Notes: generated by a model not told the origin, from the sequence alone. A DNA stretch of 64,000 nucleotides from Syntrophobacteraceae bacterium (GCA_031292195.1 JARLHP010000198.1:432-64431); one strand, 5' to 3'; shown: positions 53,640 to 63,254, counted from the stretch's first letter. Translations and numbers: made by a program.

Positions 53640-55865
53640 AGAACAAAACTCGTAGATCTCGCCAATGGGGTGAGGCGCCCACCAGTTCCAGCGGCCAAGC
53701 AGCCGCATGGTGGCGGGAACGAGCAAACAGCGTACGATGGTGGCGTCAATTACGATTGCCAGACCCATCGCCACGCCTATCTCCTTTATCACCGTAAGGT
53801 CCGCAAAGGCGAAGGCGAACAGCACCAGGGCCATGATTGCCGCCGCACCGGTAATCATCCGGCCCGTGTGCTCCAGGCCCAGCGCCACCGCGCGGGTATT
53901 GTCGCACGTTTTTCGATACTCCTCGCCGATCCTGCTGAGCAGCAGGACTTCGTAGTCCATGGAAAGTCCAAATACGATGCAGAACATCATGATCGGGTTC
54001 ATTGCCTCGATGGGACCGGGCGTAAAATGGAGCCAGAAAGCCAGGTGCCCGTACTGAAATATCCAGACCAGGGCTCCGAACGAGGCGCTGATGGACAAAA
54101 TGTTCATAATCACGGCCTTTAAAGGCAACAAAAAAGATCTCAGCATCACAAAGAGCACCAGGTAGGTCACGATAACCATAAATCCTATCACGGAGGGCGA
54201 CCTGTCCCGCACGGCCCTGATGAAATCGAGGTGAAAGGCGGTCTCACCGGTGACCATGACCTCCCCGCCTGCCGGCGGGTGTGACCGGTAAATCTTGCGA
54301 ACCAGGTCCAGCGCCTTTTGCCCGCCGGCGTGAAGGGAGGTTTGAGCGACCAGCATCACAATGTCCTTGCCAACCATTTTTTTCATGACCAGCTGTACAC
54401 CCTGCGGAAGGCCGGAGGCGGGGTCGGAGTAGAGTTGCAGATATCCATCGAGGTTTATGGAAGGGTCAAGGTCCACGATGCTATCTACCGAGTTCACGCC
54501 GTCCATTCGCGCCAGCCATCGGCTAAGGCCGTAGATTCCTTTGAGGTGCTCGGGGCTTAGCGGCCTAGTTCCGGAATATTTGACCACAATTATGACCGGG
54601 TTGGAATCGGCGTCTTTAAATTCACTGTGCAACTGATCCCAACCCCTTCGGGATTCCGCCGATCGTGGCAGTCCCGATACGTCGGTGGCGCCCAGCCGAA
54701 TATTGCCGAACGGAATTCCCAGCACGATGAGAAAAAGGGCGGCCGGGACCACCACCCGCCACGGATGGGCCATCACTGCGGAAGCCACAACGCGCCAGAA
54801 GCGTGTGGGTTGGGCCGGATCGGTTCCGCGGGTAAAGTCCAGCCTCCAACCGTTTATCTTTGGCCCCAAAACGGCCAGAACGGCCGGTAGAAAGGTCAGG
54901 GCGTAAATGACGGCGCTCGTCACCACGATGGTCCCCGCCAGGCCTATCGAACTCACATGGCCCACCGGCAGCCACAACAACCCCAGAAAACCTATGGCCA
55001 CGGTTGCTCCGGAGAAAAGAATCGCCCGCCCGGTGGTCGCCATCGTGTTGGCCAGGGCCTCGGGAACGGGGTGCAGCTCGAGTTCGGCCCGAAACCGGCT
55101 GGAAATGAAAAGCGAATAATCGATGGCTACGCCCAGACCAACCATCACGATCACATTTTTGGCATAGACCAGGACGGGGATAAAATGGGCCAGCACCAAT
55201 ACGCCCGCCATGCCGGCCGTTACCGCAAGAACGCCGATGGCCAGCGGAACCACGGCCCCGACCACCGAACCGAACACCAAAACCAGAACGAGCCCCACCA
55301 GGGGAAGCACCCGGATCTCTCCCCGACTGGCGTCCCGCTCCGCGAGCCTTGTGAGGTCGTAATTGCGCGGGTATTGGCCGAATGCGTTTATCTGGAGGCC
55401 GTTTGAATGAATTTTGGCGCGCAACTTCGGATAGATTTCCGTGGCCAGCGTGTTCTGGTTCTCACCGCTGCCCTTGATCTCCACCCGGGCCATTACCGCC
55501 CGCCCGTCGCGGGATACGTAGCGCGGGTTTAGACCCGAGCCTTCATAGGCGGTTGTAACCGAAGCCACATGCGGATCGTTTCGCAGAGGCGCCAGAGCGC
55601 GCCGCACTTCGAGCTGGAATGCCGGGTCGGCAGCTAAAAGAGTTTTGCTCCGAAAGATAAGGCCAAAAGAGGGCAACGCGGAGGAGGGCAGTTGCTTTTC
55701 TATCAACTCCAGCGCCTTTCCGGATTGAGTGTGGGAAGGGATTATCACCGACTGGAGATGTCCCCCCCGGCTGGTCATCCAGGCGGCCGGGACCAGCGAA
55801 AGGAGTGAAATCACGATTATCCACCAGCGAAAACGGTAAACTGCTCGTCCCAAGGTTCTCAGCAT
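53607..55865 (-). CDS. MMPL/RND-superfamily transporter, HpnN-like by context
   Basis: 752 aa with two 6-TM bundles and large periplasmic loops. MMPL-type motifs (GLGVAIDYSLFISSRF, GLSMDYEVLLLSRI). Converges on, and overlaps by 33 nt, the radical SAM gene next to shc. Confidence 0.85.
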   Translation of the reverse strand: MLRTLGRAVYRFRWWIIVISLLSLVPAAWMTSRGGHLQSVIIPSHTQSGKALELIEKQLPSSALPSFGLIFRSKTLLAADPAFQLEVRRALAPLRNDPHVASVTTAYEGSGLNPRYVSRDGRAVMARVEIKGSGENQNTLATEIYPKLRAKIHSNGLQINAFGQYPRNYDLTRLAERDASRGEIRVLPLVGLVLVLVFGSVVGAVVPLAIGVLAVTAGMAGVLVLAHFIPVLVYAKNVIVMVGLGVAIDYSLFISSRFRAELELHPVPEALANTMATTGRAILFSGATVAIGFLGLLWLPVGHVSSIGLAGTIVVTSAVIYALTFLPAVLAVLGPKINGWRLDFTRGTDPAQPTRFWRVVASAVMAHPWRVVVPAALFLIVLGIPFGNIRLGATDVSGLPRSAESRRGWDQLHSEFKDADSNPVIIVVKYSGTRPLSPEHLKGIYGLSRWLARMDGVNSVDSIVDLDPSINLDGYLQLYSDPASGLPQGVQLVMKKMVGKDIVMLVAQTSLHAGGQKALDLVRKIYRSHPPAGGEVMVTGETAFHLDFIRAVRDRSPSVIGFMVIVTYLVLFVMLRSFLLPLKAVIMNILSISASFGALVWIFQYGHLAFWLHFTPGPIEAMNPIMMFCIVFGLSMDYEVLLLSRIGEEYRKTCDNTRAVALGLEHTGRMITGAAAIMALVLFAFAFADLTVIKEIGVAMGLAIVIDATIVRCLLVPATMRLLGRWNWWAPHPIGEIYEFCSSLRGRRHRVT

Positions 55866-56115
55866 AAATTCTCTATACCAACGCTATTAGAGGTTAAATG
55901 AACAATGAAAAGGGGTTTACACATGGCAAACGCCCCTTCGGGAATTTCCCGGCCGCCGGATTGATCTTTGGGAAAATCCAAGTGGTTATAATCTAAGGTG
56001 ATATCATGCCCCTTTCCACAATCGCATTCCGCCGGCGCGCAGAAAAGAGAGGCGGCAGGAAAGCGGAACAGCCACAGGTAAAAATCTATCGTCTTGACCG
56101 CCAATAGGTATCAGC

Positions 56116-56255
56116 TCATACGAAGTGGCGTTCAAGACGCGTCAAACAGATGGGTTTCACTGCGTTTCACCCATCCTACAGCGGCTCTCGACGCGTAGGA
56201 TGGGTGGAGCGAAGCGCAACCCATCAACCAAATCTTGAGCGCAACCCGGTATGAA
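56116..56255. mobile_element. MITE-like repeat, copy 2
   Basis: Imperfect ~23-nt terminal inverted repeats (tcatacgaagtggcgttcaagac / atcttgagcgcaacccggtatga; 17 of 23 positions pair by my count). Internal 12-bp palindrome CACCCATCCTAC-N15-GTAGGATGGGTG flanked by two GATGGGT...ACCCATC hairpins. Confidence 0.65.
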
Positions 56256-56328
56256 CTACCAAGATCTCACCGCTGATGGACGCAGATGGACGCAGATATA
56301 AAAAATACCTACCAGTGTGCAATCTACG

Positions 56329-56466
56329 TTCATCAGCGGAACAGCCAAGACGCGTCAAACAGATGGGTTTCACTGCGTTTCACCCATCCTGCAGCGACTC
56401 TCGACGCGTAGGATGGGTGGAGCGAAGCGCAACCCATCAACCAAATCTTGAACGCAATCCGGTATC
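56329..56466. mobile_element. MITE-like repeat, copy 3 (left end diverged)
   Basis: Nearly identical core to copy 2, in the same orientation, 73 nt downstream of it. Confidence 0.65.
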
Positions 56467-56631
56467 GGAATATGGGTCATGGAGAGGTGTGCCGGGTGGA
56501 AAAACAATTTTCCGTTCGGGAACTGGACAGATAGTGTAATTTGCTTGGTTCGCAATGATGAGAAGGCAATGGGGACTCAACAAGGGGCAACGGCGCCAAA
56601 CCACTGATTGTGCGCCTCGCTCCCTCTCGCG

Positions 56632-57081
56632 TCAAAAATCCTTCCGGCTGTCCAAAAGCAGGGTGACCGGCCCGTCGTTTACCAGAAAGACCTCCATCAT
56701 TTCCCGAAAGCACCCGGTAGAGACCTTCGCAGTATAGTCGGAAAGCTTTTCGACGTAGTGCTCGTAGAGCCCCCTGGCCGCCTCGGGTCCGGCCGCCGAA
56801 GCATAGGAGGGTCTTCTGCCCTTGCGGCAGTCCCCGTAGAGAGTGAACTGCGAGACGACCAGGATCTCCCCATCGATATCCAAAACCGAGAGGTTCATCC
56901 TGTCGGTTTCATCCGAAAATATCCGGAGGTTGGCCGTCTTTTCCGCCAGGTAGCGCGCATCCTCTTCGCCGTCAAAGCCTCCTACCCCGAGCAGGACCAG
57001 AAGGCCCCTTCCTGTCCGCGAGACTTCCACTCCCCCCACTTTTACGCCCGCCTGGAGGACGCGCTGAATCACCGCTCGCAT
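56632..57081 (-). CDS. dtd: D-aminoacyl-tRNA deacylase
   Basis: MRAVIQRV...[18 protein letters not shown]...NDGPVT: canonical Dtd motifs, 149 aa. Confidence 0.9.
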   Translation of the reverse strand: MRAVIQRVLQAGVKVGGVEVSRTGRGLLVLLGVGGFDGEEDARYLAEKTANLRIFSDETDRMNLSVLDIDGEILVVSQFTLYGDCRKGRRPSYASAAGPEAARGLYEHYVEKLSDYTAKVSTGCFREMMEVFLVNDGPVTLLLDSRKDF

Positions 57082-57096
57082 CGACCGCCCTCCCGG

Positions 57097-58320
57097 CTAA
57101 TAGAGGGGGCTGCCGGCAACCCCGTCGGGCAGCCGGTAATAGTTGAACAGGGCGCCGAAATCGATTCCGCCGGACCGCTGGTCGCCGTATTCGCGGTATA
57201 TCGTTTCCATGCCTTCCGTAAGCTGCTGCGAGCGGATGCCGTGCCGAATGGAAAGCGAGGCTTCGATAAAGGCCGCGAGCTTGTCGCAGGCTCGAATCAC
57301 CTCGCCGTCGACCGCGCAGAAGTCGTCCCGGTTATAGTGCTTCATCTGCGCCCCCGGAACATTCTTCCTGACGACGCCCTCCTCAATGATTCGGTTCGAG
57401 AATTCGTCCTGGATGAAATAGACGACTTCATCCTGGATGGAGGGGGGCAGAAGCGGCAGAATGCGCTCCTCGAACTGCATCTTCTCATAGTCCTTGATAA
57501 TCTCTTCCAACCCCTCGACCGAAGTCTTGACCGGCGAGACGATGTCCCGGGTCAACACCTCGGGCAGATCGTGAAAAAGTCCGCTGAAAAAATTGTTGCA
57601 GGCGCGCTTCCGGCAAGCGCCCATTTCCATGGAGCAAAAGTAGGACATCATGGCCACTATCAGCATGTGCCCCAAAACCGAGGTCTTGGGCACCCGCGGC
57701 GAATGCGCCCACCTCTGCTGGAACCTCAGCTGCGCGCAAAGGTCCATGAACCCGAAAGACTTCTTTCGAAGCGCCAGTTTCTGGACCCCGATAAGATCGT
57801 AGTGGTCCTCGATCTGGTTTTCGATCTCTTCTTTGGTCTTGTCTATTCCGTAGATGAAAGGGGCCGTGTTGTAAATGATCTGGAACTCCCAGTTGGTCGC
57901 CAGATAATGAGCGGCTTTGAGTATCCTTTTTTCCACTTTCGCATAGTTGGGGTCGAAGAGGTATCTTTTGAAATTCTCGCCGAATTCACCGCCCAGTCCC
58001 TTCAGGTCCTCATCCATGATGCCCAGGACCAGTCCATTGATCTCTTTGCCTTTCCTGCTCATCAGTTTGTGAAAAACAGGGGCCTTGATATCGGTAAGGA
58101 TTACGCGTGGAAAGAATTCAAAAATCCCTCCCTCGATCAGCTTCAGCCAGTCGAACCGGGCGTGGCCCTCGGTTTCTTCCAGTTTTGCGAACAAATAGGC
58201 TAGAATCATTTTGTGCGCCTGCTTGTCCAGTTCGGTGAATTCGACCGGCCGAACGTGGTCGTTCCACCTCTGGATGCTGGCGGCCCCATAAATCTTGTCG
58301 AGCAGACCTTTCGTGATCAC
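57097..58320 (-). CDS. HD-domain phosphohydrolase family protein
   Basis: ...SIQRWND...VLGHMLIVAMM...LFHDLPE... HD motif. GTG 58320 (preceded by GGAGAA) was chosen over the track start 58503. Confidence 0.75.
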   Translation of the reverse strand: MITKGLLDKIYGAASIQRWNDHVRPVEFTELDKQAHKMILAYLFAKLEETEGHARFDWLKLIEGGIFEFFPRVILTDIKAPVFHKLMSRKGKEINGLVLGIMDEDLKGLGGEFGENFKRYLFDPNYAKVEKRILKAAHYLATNWEFQIIYNTAPFIYGIDKTKEEIENQIEDHYDLIGVQKLALRKKSFGFMDLCAQLRFQQRWAHSPRVPKTSVLGHMLIVAMMSYFCSMEMGACRKRACNNFFSGLFHDLPEVLTRDIVSPVKTSVEGLEEIIKDYEKMQFEERILPLLPPSIQDEVVYFIQDEFSNRIIEEGVVRKNVPGAQMKHYNRDDFCAVDGEVIRACDKLAAFIEASLSIRHGIRSQQLTEGMETIYREYGDQRSGGIDFGALFNYYRLPDGVAGSPLY

Positions 58321-58717
58321 TAGCTTGTTTCTCCAGGACCTGCCGGGCGAAAGCCAACCCTTTAAAGACCGCGGGCCACCCCGCGGAAATTCCGGGTCGA
58401 TTCTTAGCCCCGCTAAATGGTGCGATTCGGATTTTTCACCGCGGTCCCGCATCGGGCGCGGTCCACATCCTGCTCCCTTACTATACCACCGAAGGAAAAA
58501 CATTCAAAAGCTGGAAACCCCAAAAGTGCGGGGGAGCGCGTCTCCCCCGCGCCCCCCGGCACTCGGCCGACGCGCTATTTAGTATGGACTCCCATCTCTT
58601 ATTGCCAAACCTTGGATTTCCGATAAACTGTCATCGAAAGGAGCAGGAAGCAACCAGCGGGAAGAAATCCGTCCTGCACCTTTTCATGCCTGACAAACTG
58701 CCGGGAAGGAGCATTAT

Positions 58718-60217
58718 TTGAGACTTCGAAAAAGCGGTATATTGTTGCATATAACCTCCCTGCCCTCCGAATTCGCAATAGGAGATCTGGGGCGGGGAGC
58801 ATACCATTTCGCCGACTTCCTGGCCGAATCCGGCCAGACCCTCTGGCAGATGCTCCCGTTCAATCCCACTTCTCCGGCGTGCGGAAACTCTCCTTACTGC
58901 TGCTTTTCCGCCTTTGCCGGAAATCCTCTCCTGATAGCGCCGGATCTGCTGGTGCAATCCGGATATCTTGCGCAAAGCGATCTCGAAGGGGACTTTTCCG
59001 CCAACCCCCAAAGAGTGGATTACGACCGGGCGGCCGAACTCAAGAACGGGCTTCTCAAGAAAGCCTATGAAAAATTCCGGCAAATGGGGGAGCCAAAGTG
59101 CGCGCTCGAAAATTTCGTAAAGACCAATGCGCACTGGCTAAACGACTACGCTCTTTTCATCTGCCTCAAGGAGCAATTCTTCGGGGCTCCGTGGAGCGAC
59201 TGGCCTTCCGAAATCCGTGACAGGACTCAACCCGCGCTCGACGAGTGGACGCAAAGACTTGCGGAAAACATCGAGCGGGAGAAGTTCAGCCAATTTCTTT
59301 TTTTTGGGCAATGGTCGGCCCTCAAAAGCTACTGCAACCAAAAACAGATTCAGGTGATCGGCGATATCCCCATCTATGTCAGTCATGACAGCGCGGACGT
59401 CTGGGCACATCGGGAGTTCTTCAAACTGGAATGTGACGGGCGCCCGGCCCTGGTCGCCGGAGTGCCTCCGGATTATTTCAGCAGCACCGGACAGTTGTGG
59501 GGAAACCCCGTCTACTCCTGGGATCGACTGCGGGAAACCTCCTATGCCTGGTGGATTCGCAGGATCAGGCACAATCTGAGTTACTTCGATATAGTCCGGC
59601 TCGATCATTTCCGGGGGTTTGTCGCCTACTGGGAAGTTCCGGCCTCGGAACAAACCGCCATAAACGGCAGATGGGTAGACGCCCCGGCAACGCAGTTTTT
59701 TAACGAGGTGCTGAGCCGTTTTCCCTCCATTTCCGTCATTGCCGAAGATCTTGGCATCATCACCCCGGACGTGCGGGAAGTCATGAACCTCTATGAATTT
59801 CCGGGAATGAAGCCTCTGCTGTTCGCCTTCGGAGGCGACCTGTCCACAAACCCCTACGTTCCCCACAACCACGTGCGCAACTGCGTGGTCTACACCGGCA
59901 CACACGACAACAACACCGTAAAGGGCTGGTTTGAGCACGACGCCACCCGGGCGGAAAAGGAAAACCTTGCCGCATACTTCGGCCGGGAACTGGACGCGGA
60001 TACCGTATCCCTGGCTTTTGTGGGGGTCGCCATGATGTCGGTCGCCTCGACGGTCATAATCCCCATGCAGGATTTTGTCGAACTGGGAATGGAGGCGCGC
60101 ATGAACACTCCGTCGGTTTCCTTCGGCAACTGGGAATGGCGGGTCGAAGCCGACCGGTTAGCCCCCGATCTTTCACAAAGAATCGCCCACCTTACCAGGA
60201 TTTACGGAAGGAAGTAA
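58718..60217 (+). CDS. malQ: 4-alpha-glucanotransferase (amylomaltase)
   Basis: SGILLHITSLPS..IGDLG..A..F.DFLAESGQTLWQMLP...SPY...; GH77 pattern throughout. TTG start. Confidence 0.9.
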   Translation: MRLRKSGILLHITSLPSEFAIGDLGRGAYHFADFLAESGQTLWQMLPFNPTSPACGNSPYCCFSAFAGNPLLIAPDLLVQSGYLAQSDLEGDFSANPQRVDYDRAAELKNGLLKKAYEKFRQMGEPKCALENFVKTNAHWLNDYALFICLKEQFFGAPWSDWPSEIRDRTQPALDEWTQRLAENIEREKFSQFLFFGQWSALKSYCNQKQIQVIGDIPIYVSHDSADVWAHREFFKLECDGRPALVAGVPPDYFSSTGQLWGNPVYSWDRLRETSYAWWIRRIRHNLSYFDIVRLDHFRGFVAYWEVPASEQTAINGRWVDAPATQFFNEVLSRFPSISVIAEDLGIITPDVREVMNLYEFPGMKPLLFAFGGDLSTNPYVPHNHVRNCVVYTGTHDNNTVKGWFEHDATRAEKENLAAYFGRELDADTVSLAFVGVAMMSVASTVIIPMQDFVELGMEARMNTPSVSFGNWEWRVEADRLAPDLSQRIAHLTRIYGRK

Positions 60218-60310
60218 CGGCTCCCTGCGGAACACCCGGAAACAATGAAGGTGCGGGAGCTTTTTAAAGAGACTCCTCAGCCCCCCCGGGACACCCTGAA
60301 ACCAGGAAAG

Positions 60311-60429
60311 TCCGTGGTTTGGGCTTGGCGATCCCGGCTGGCGGTCCCACCGCCCGTGGTCTGGGCTTGGCAATCCTGGCCGGCAGTTCCACCGCCCAAT
60401 CCCGGCTGCGGCGCCACCGCAGCCGGCCA
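60311..60429. repeat. Tandem array (2.7 units) of the ~43-nt REP-like unit between convergent malQ and GNAT genes
   Basis: gtccgtggtttgggcttggcgatcccggctggcggtcccaccgcc / cgtggtctgggcttggcaatcctggccggcagttccaccgcc / caatcccggctgcggcgccaccgcagccggcc. Same family as 5419-5467. Confidence 0.7.
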
Positions 60430-60431
60430 GA

Positions 60432-61310
60432 TCACCCGAGTTCGAAGGAGGTGACCCCGAACAACCTTTCCATGTCCACATCGGGGCTTTTACCCCTGTA
60501 CATACGGGCCGTTTCGAACACCGCACTCATGTTGTGCCGGTTGGCCAGATCGAGCGCCGCCGGGTTTTCCGCGGGCGTATCGAGATATATCGGAGCCTCT
60601 TCGGGAAGATGTGCCTGCAAAGCCCGAAAAAGGCTTTCGGCAAGTTCGGGGCTATCAGCGAACAGAGGACCCGTCTTGTACCCGGAGCGGCACATGCGCA
60701 CCACCCCGTAACCCGCCAATTTACCGTTTCTGATGAGGCCAAGCGCCCTGCTTTGCGGCTGATCAAGCCAGCACCGCAGGAATTCCCTGCGCCTGTCCGG
60801 GAAAAACGCTCTGTCGTAGGCGCAGACCTCCTCAAAAGCAATTGTGTGCAACTCGACAATCCCCGGATCGACAGGAAACCGACGAGCCGTTCCCTGGTGG
60901 CGAATGTTTCCATAGGCCAATTTGAATCCGGATTTCCGGTAATTGTCCTGTTGAGCGACCACACCGTCAAGCCCTATGGTGCGCTCTGCCAGGTATTCGA
61001 GCCCGGCGTTCCAGATCTTTAAGCCGAAACCCTTGCCGCGATACTGCGGCTTTACGATATAAAAACCCAGGAAACCGAAAGAATCCCCGTATTTCACGGC
61101 CGAAATGGTTGCAACCGGTTGCTCCCCGAGCAATCCGATCAGAAATCCATTCGGATCGGCGCCATAAAAGCAATCAGAGTCGTAAAGCCCGGGGTTCCAC
61201 CCCTCCGCGGCGGCCCACTCGACGGCCATATCGATTTCCAGCCGGGTCATGGTTCTGATCGTGTAGATGAAATTTTCCACCTCCCCCTCCATTCTTGCCA
61301 TATCTTCCAT
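60432..61310 (-). CDS. GNAT-family N-acetyltransferase with a C-terminal YitH-like domain
   Basis: ...FLGFYIVKPQYRGKGFGLKIWNAGL... acetyl-CoA binding motif. ATG 61310 was chosen. Confidence 0.8.
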   Translation of the reverse strand: MEDMARMEGEVENFIYTIRTMTRLEIDMAVEWAAAEGWNPGLYDSDCFYGADPNGFLIGLLGEQPVATISAVKYGDSFGFLGFYIVKPQYRGKGFGLKIWNAGLEYLAERTIGLDGVVAQQDNYRKSGFKLAYGNIRHQGTARRFPVDPGIVELHTIAFEEVCAYDRAFFPDRRREFLRCWLDQPQSRALGLIRNGKLAGYGVVRMCRSGYKTGPLFADSPELAESLFRALQAHLPEEAPIYLDTPAENPAALDLANRHNMSAVFETARMYRGKSPDVDMERLFGVTSFELG

Positions 61311-61966
61311 GTTCGATATGTACGACTTTTCAAGTCGGATTAAGAGCCGAACTCCCCAACCACTTGCCACACCGAAGAAAATCATCTTTCCCGCATTCTA
61401 CCAGGCCCTGCCGCATTTACGCCAGGTTTTGCGGTATCACTGTTCCCGGAACTCAGGACGTGAGTTTTAAAAACAACCCATGAATCTCCAGCCCGCAACC
61501 CATCTGTCAAAACCATTCCAACAGCACTGGATAAAGAGAAATTGCCTGGAACCAACCGCAGAGCAACCCTTGCCGAAAAAGGAGGGGTATGCCTGAGAGC
61601 TTTTATTCCCGATCGCGCCATACGAATCGCTAACATATTGTTACATCTACCATAAATAAATCTATTGGGTACGCAAAATAACCAGAACTTCCCCCCCAGA
61701 ATCCCCCTTTACTCCACAACAGCTTCGATTAACATGAAGGCGACAATAAAGGAAGATTCGAGGCCCTCCATCGCGCGAGATACGTATAACGGCGATGTGT
61801 AAGTGGCGTAACTCGAACGAATATTACCGCCATTGCAAGCGCAGGATGTTGGGCGAGAGTCACTTCTGTCCCAAAAGTGGCAGGAGGTTTCCGTCGCCTG
61901 AATAATTGTATTACGACTAACAGACAATGTGACATCTTTGGGCATTGCACTTAGGAGAGAAACTAA

Positions 61967-62659
61967 ATGAAAAAAGCTATTTTTCTTACCACTACAACCG
62001 TATTTCTTCTATGTTCAGTGGTGATGGCAAATGCCGACTCCATATATCTTGGCAATACTTTTAATCCTATTTATTTGACTGGCTCCGGTTTATCACAACC
62101 TGTGGGTGGTGGATCGGTAACCCCTGCGATATTGAATACAACTACCTTGCGTTACGATTTTTGCATCGATTTAAACACTGACGTTTCAGTTCCTGGAACC
62201 TACACTGCCTATGTAACAAATAATGGAACCATTAATAACGGAACCGTACAAGTTACAAATGCGGGCGAGATAGCCTATCTTCTACATACTTACGCTGGTT
62301 CTACTTTATCTACAGATCAACAAATTGCTATTCAAGCTGCGATTTGGCATTTTGAAAATAATAACGTTAGTCTAAATGAATCACATTACGGCAGCACTTC
62401 CGATGTGTGGAATTACTACTCCACATATATAACGAATACCGGAACATATTCTCTTAGCGATTTTTACTGGATAACTCCCGTGTCGCAATCCGGCGCTTAT
62501 CTACAGGCGCAGATTGCTCCAGACCCATCCGTTCCGGAACCTTCAACTTTGATTTTACTAACTTTTTCGCTAATTGGAGTGGCAGTGTATACAAAGTACA
62601 AGGGAGCGCATATTCGGCAGGCGAACCAGCCCGTGTCTCCATTTTTGAAACTGGTATAG
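61967..62659 (+). CDS. PEP-CTERM sorting-domain secreted protein
   Basis: Signal peptide MKKAIFLTTTTVFLLCSVVMANA. C-terminal VPEPSTLILLTFSLIGVAVY + basic residues is the PEP-CTERM anchor. Strongly AT-rich: my hand count finds about 20 G+C in the first 60 nt. Confidence 0.7.
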   Translation: MKKAIFLTTTTVFLLCSVVMANADSIYLGNTFNPIYLTGSGLSQPVGGGSVTPAILNTTTLRYDFCIDLNTDVSVPGTYTAYVTNNGTINNGTVQVTNAGEIAYLLHTYAGSTLSTDQQIAIQAAIWHFENNNVSLNESHYGSTSDVWNYYSTYITNTGTYSLSDFYWITPVSQSGAYLQAQIAPDPSVPEPSTLILLTFSLIGVAVYTKYKGAHIRQANQPVSPFLKLV

Positions 62660-62843
62660 CAGGGGACCATTCAGAAGCGGCTGGCCACCCTGGAGTGCGC
62701 CTGTTTTTTTCTTTCGGCACGAAATCCGTTTCGAAAGGATATTCCCTTGTTGGCCGGTGCATTTTCGCATGGACTCTAAAATTGAAGGATAACATGTGGC
62801 TCTTGCCGGAACTTCCCGCGATGACTTTTTACCCGGATAGACA

Positions 62844-63254
62844 ATGAAAGAAAAAAGAGAATTCGAAAGGTTCAAAGTCAAAGAAGGCGCCTTTGCGGCT
62901 TTCGTAATGGCCGATGGGCTGATCAACATGGGGCAGATCCGAAATATCAGCATGAGTGGGCTTTGCCTGAGCTACCTGGCCTCGGACTTGACAGATCGTG
63001 ATTATACGGCAATAAAGATATTCGGGAGCAACGAGCGTTTCATTCACCTCAACCGCATTCCGTGCAAAGTGGTTTATGATCATGAAGTTCCGGAAACCTC
63101 CTGGGAACAGATCAGCATGAGGCGTTGCGGGGTGGAGTTCGAAAGCATGTCCGTCCAGCACCGGTCCGTATTGCAGGATTTCATCGACCAGTTCGGGGTC
63201 GAAACACACCTTCACGAGGACTCACAAACGAGCGGCCCCAGTCGTCCCTTTTGA
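62844..63254 (+). CDS. PilZ-domain protein
   Basis: REFERFKV...GQIRNISMSGLCL matches the RxxxR ... (D/N)xSxxG c-di-GMP-binding PilZ pattern. Confidence 0.65.
   Translation: MKEKREFERFKVKEGAFAAFVMADGLINMGQIRNISMSGLCLSYLASDLTDRDYTAIKIFGSNERFIHLNRIPCKVVYDHEVPETSWEQISMRRCGVEFESMSVQHRSVLQDFIDQFGVETHLHEDSQTSGPSRPF

Noticed and set aside
56608-58203. 531-aa plus-strand ORF, the second longest ORF in this part of the track
   Set aside because: It lies entirely antisense to dtd and the HD-domain gene, both of which have clear family motifs. Its sequence is low-complexity (Arg/Pro/Gly/Leu-rich), typical of a shadow frame in GC-rich DNA.
60311-60429. Possible CRISPR array
   Set aside because: The units are directly adjacent, with no unique spacers. 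There are only 2.7 units, the units are diverged, and there are no cas genes in the window.
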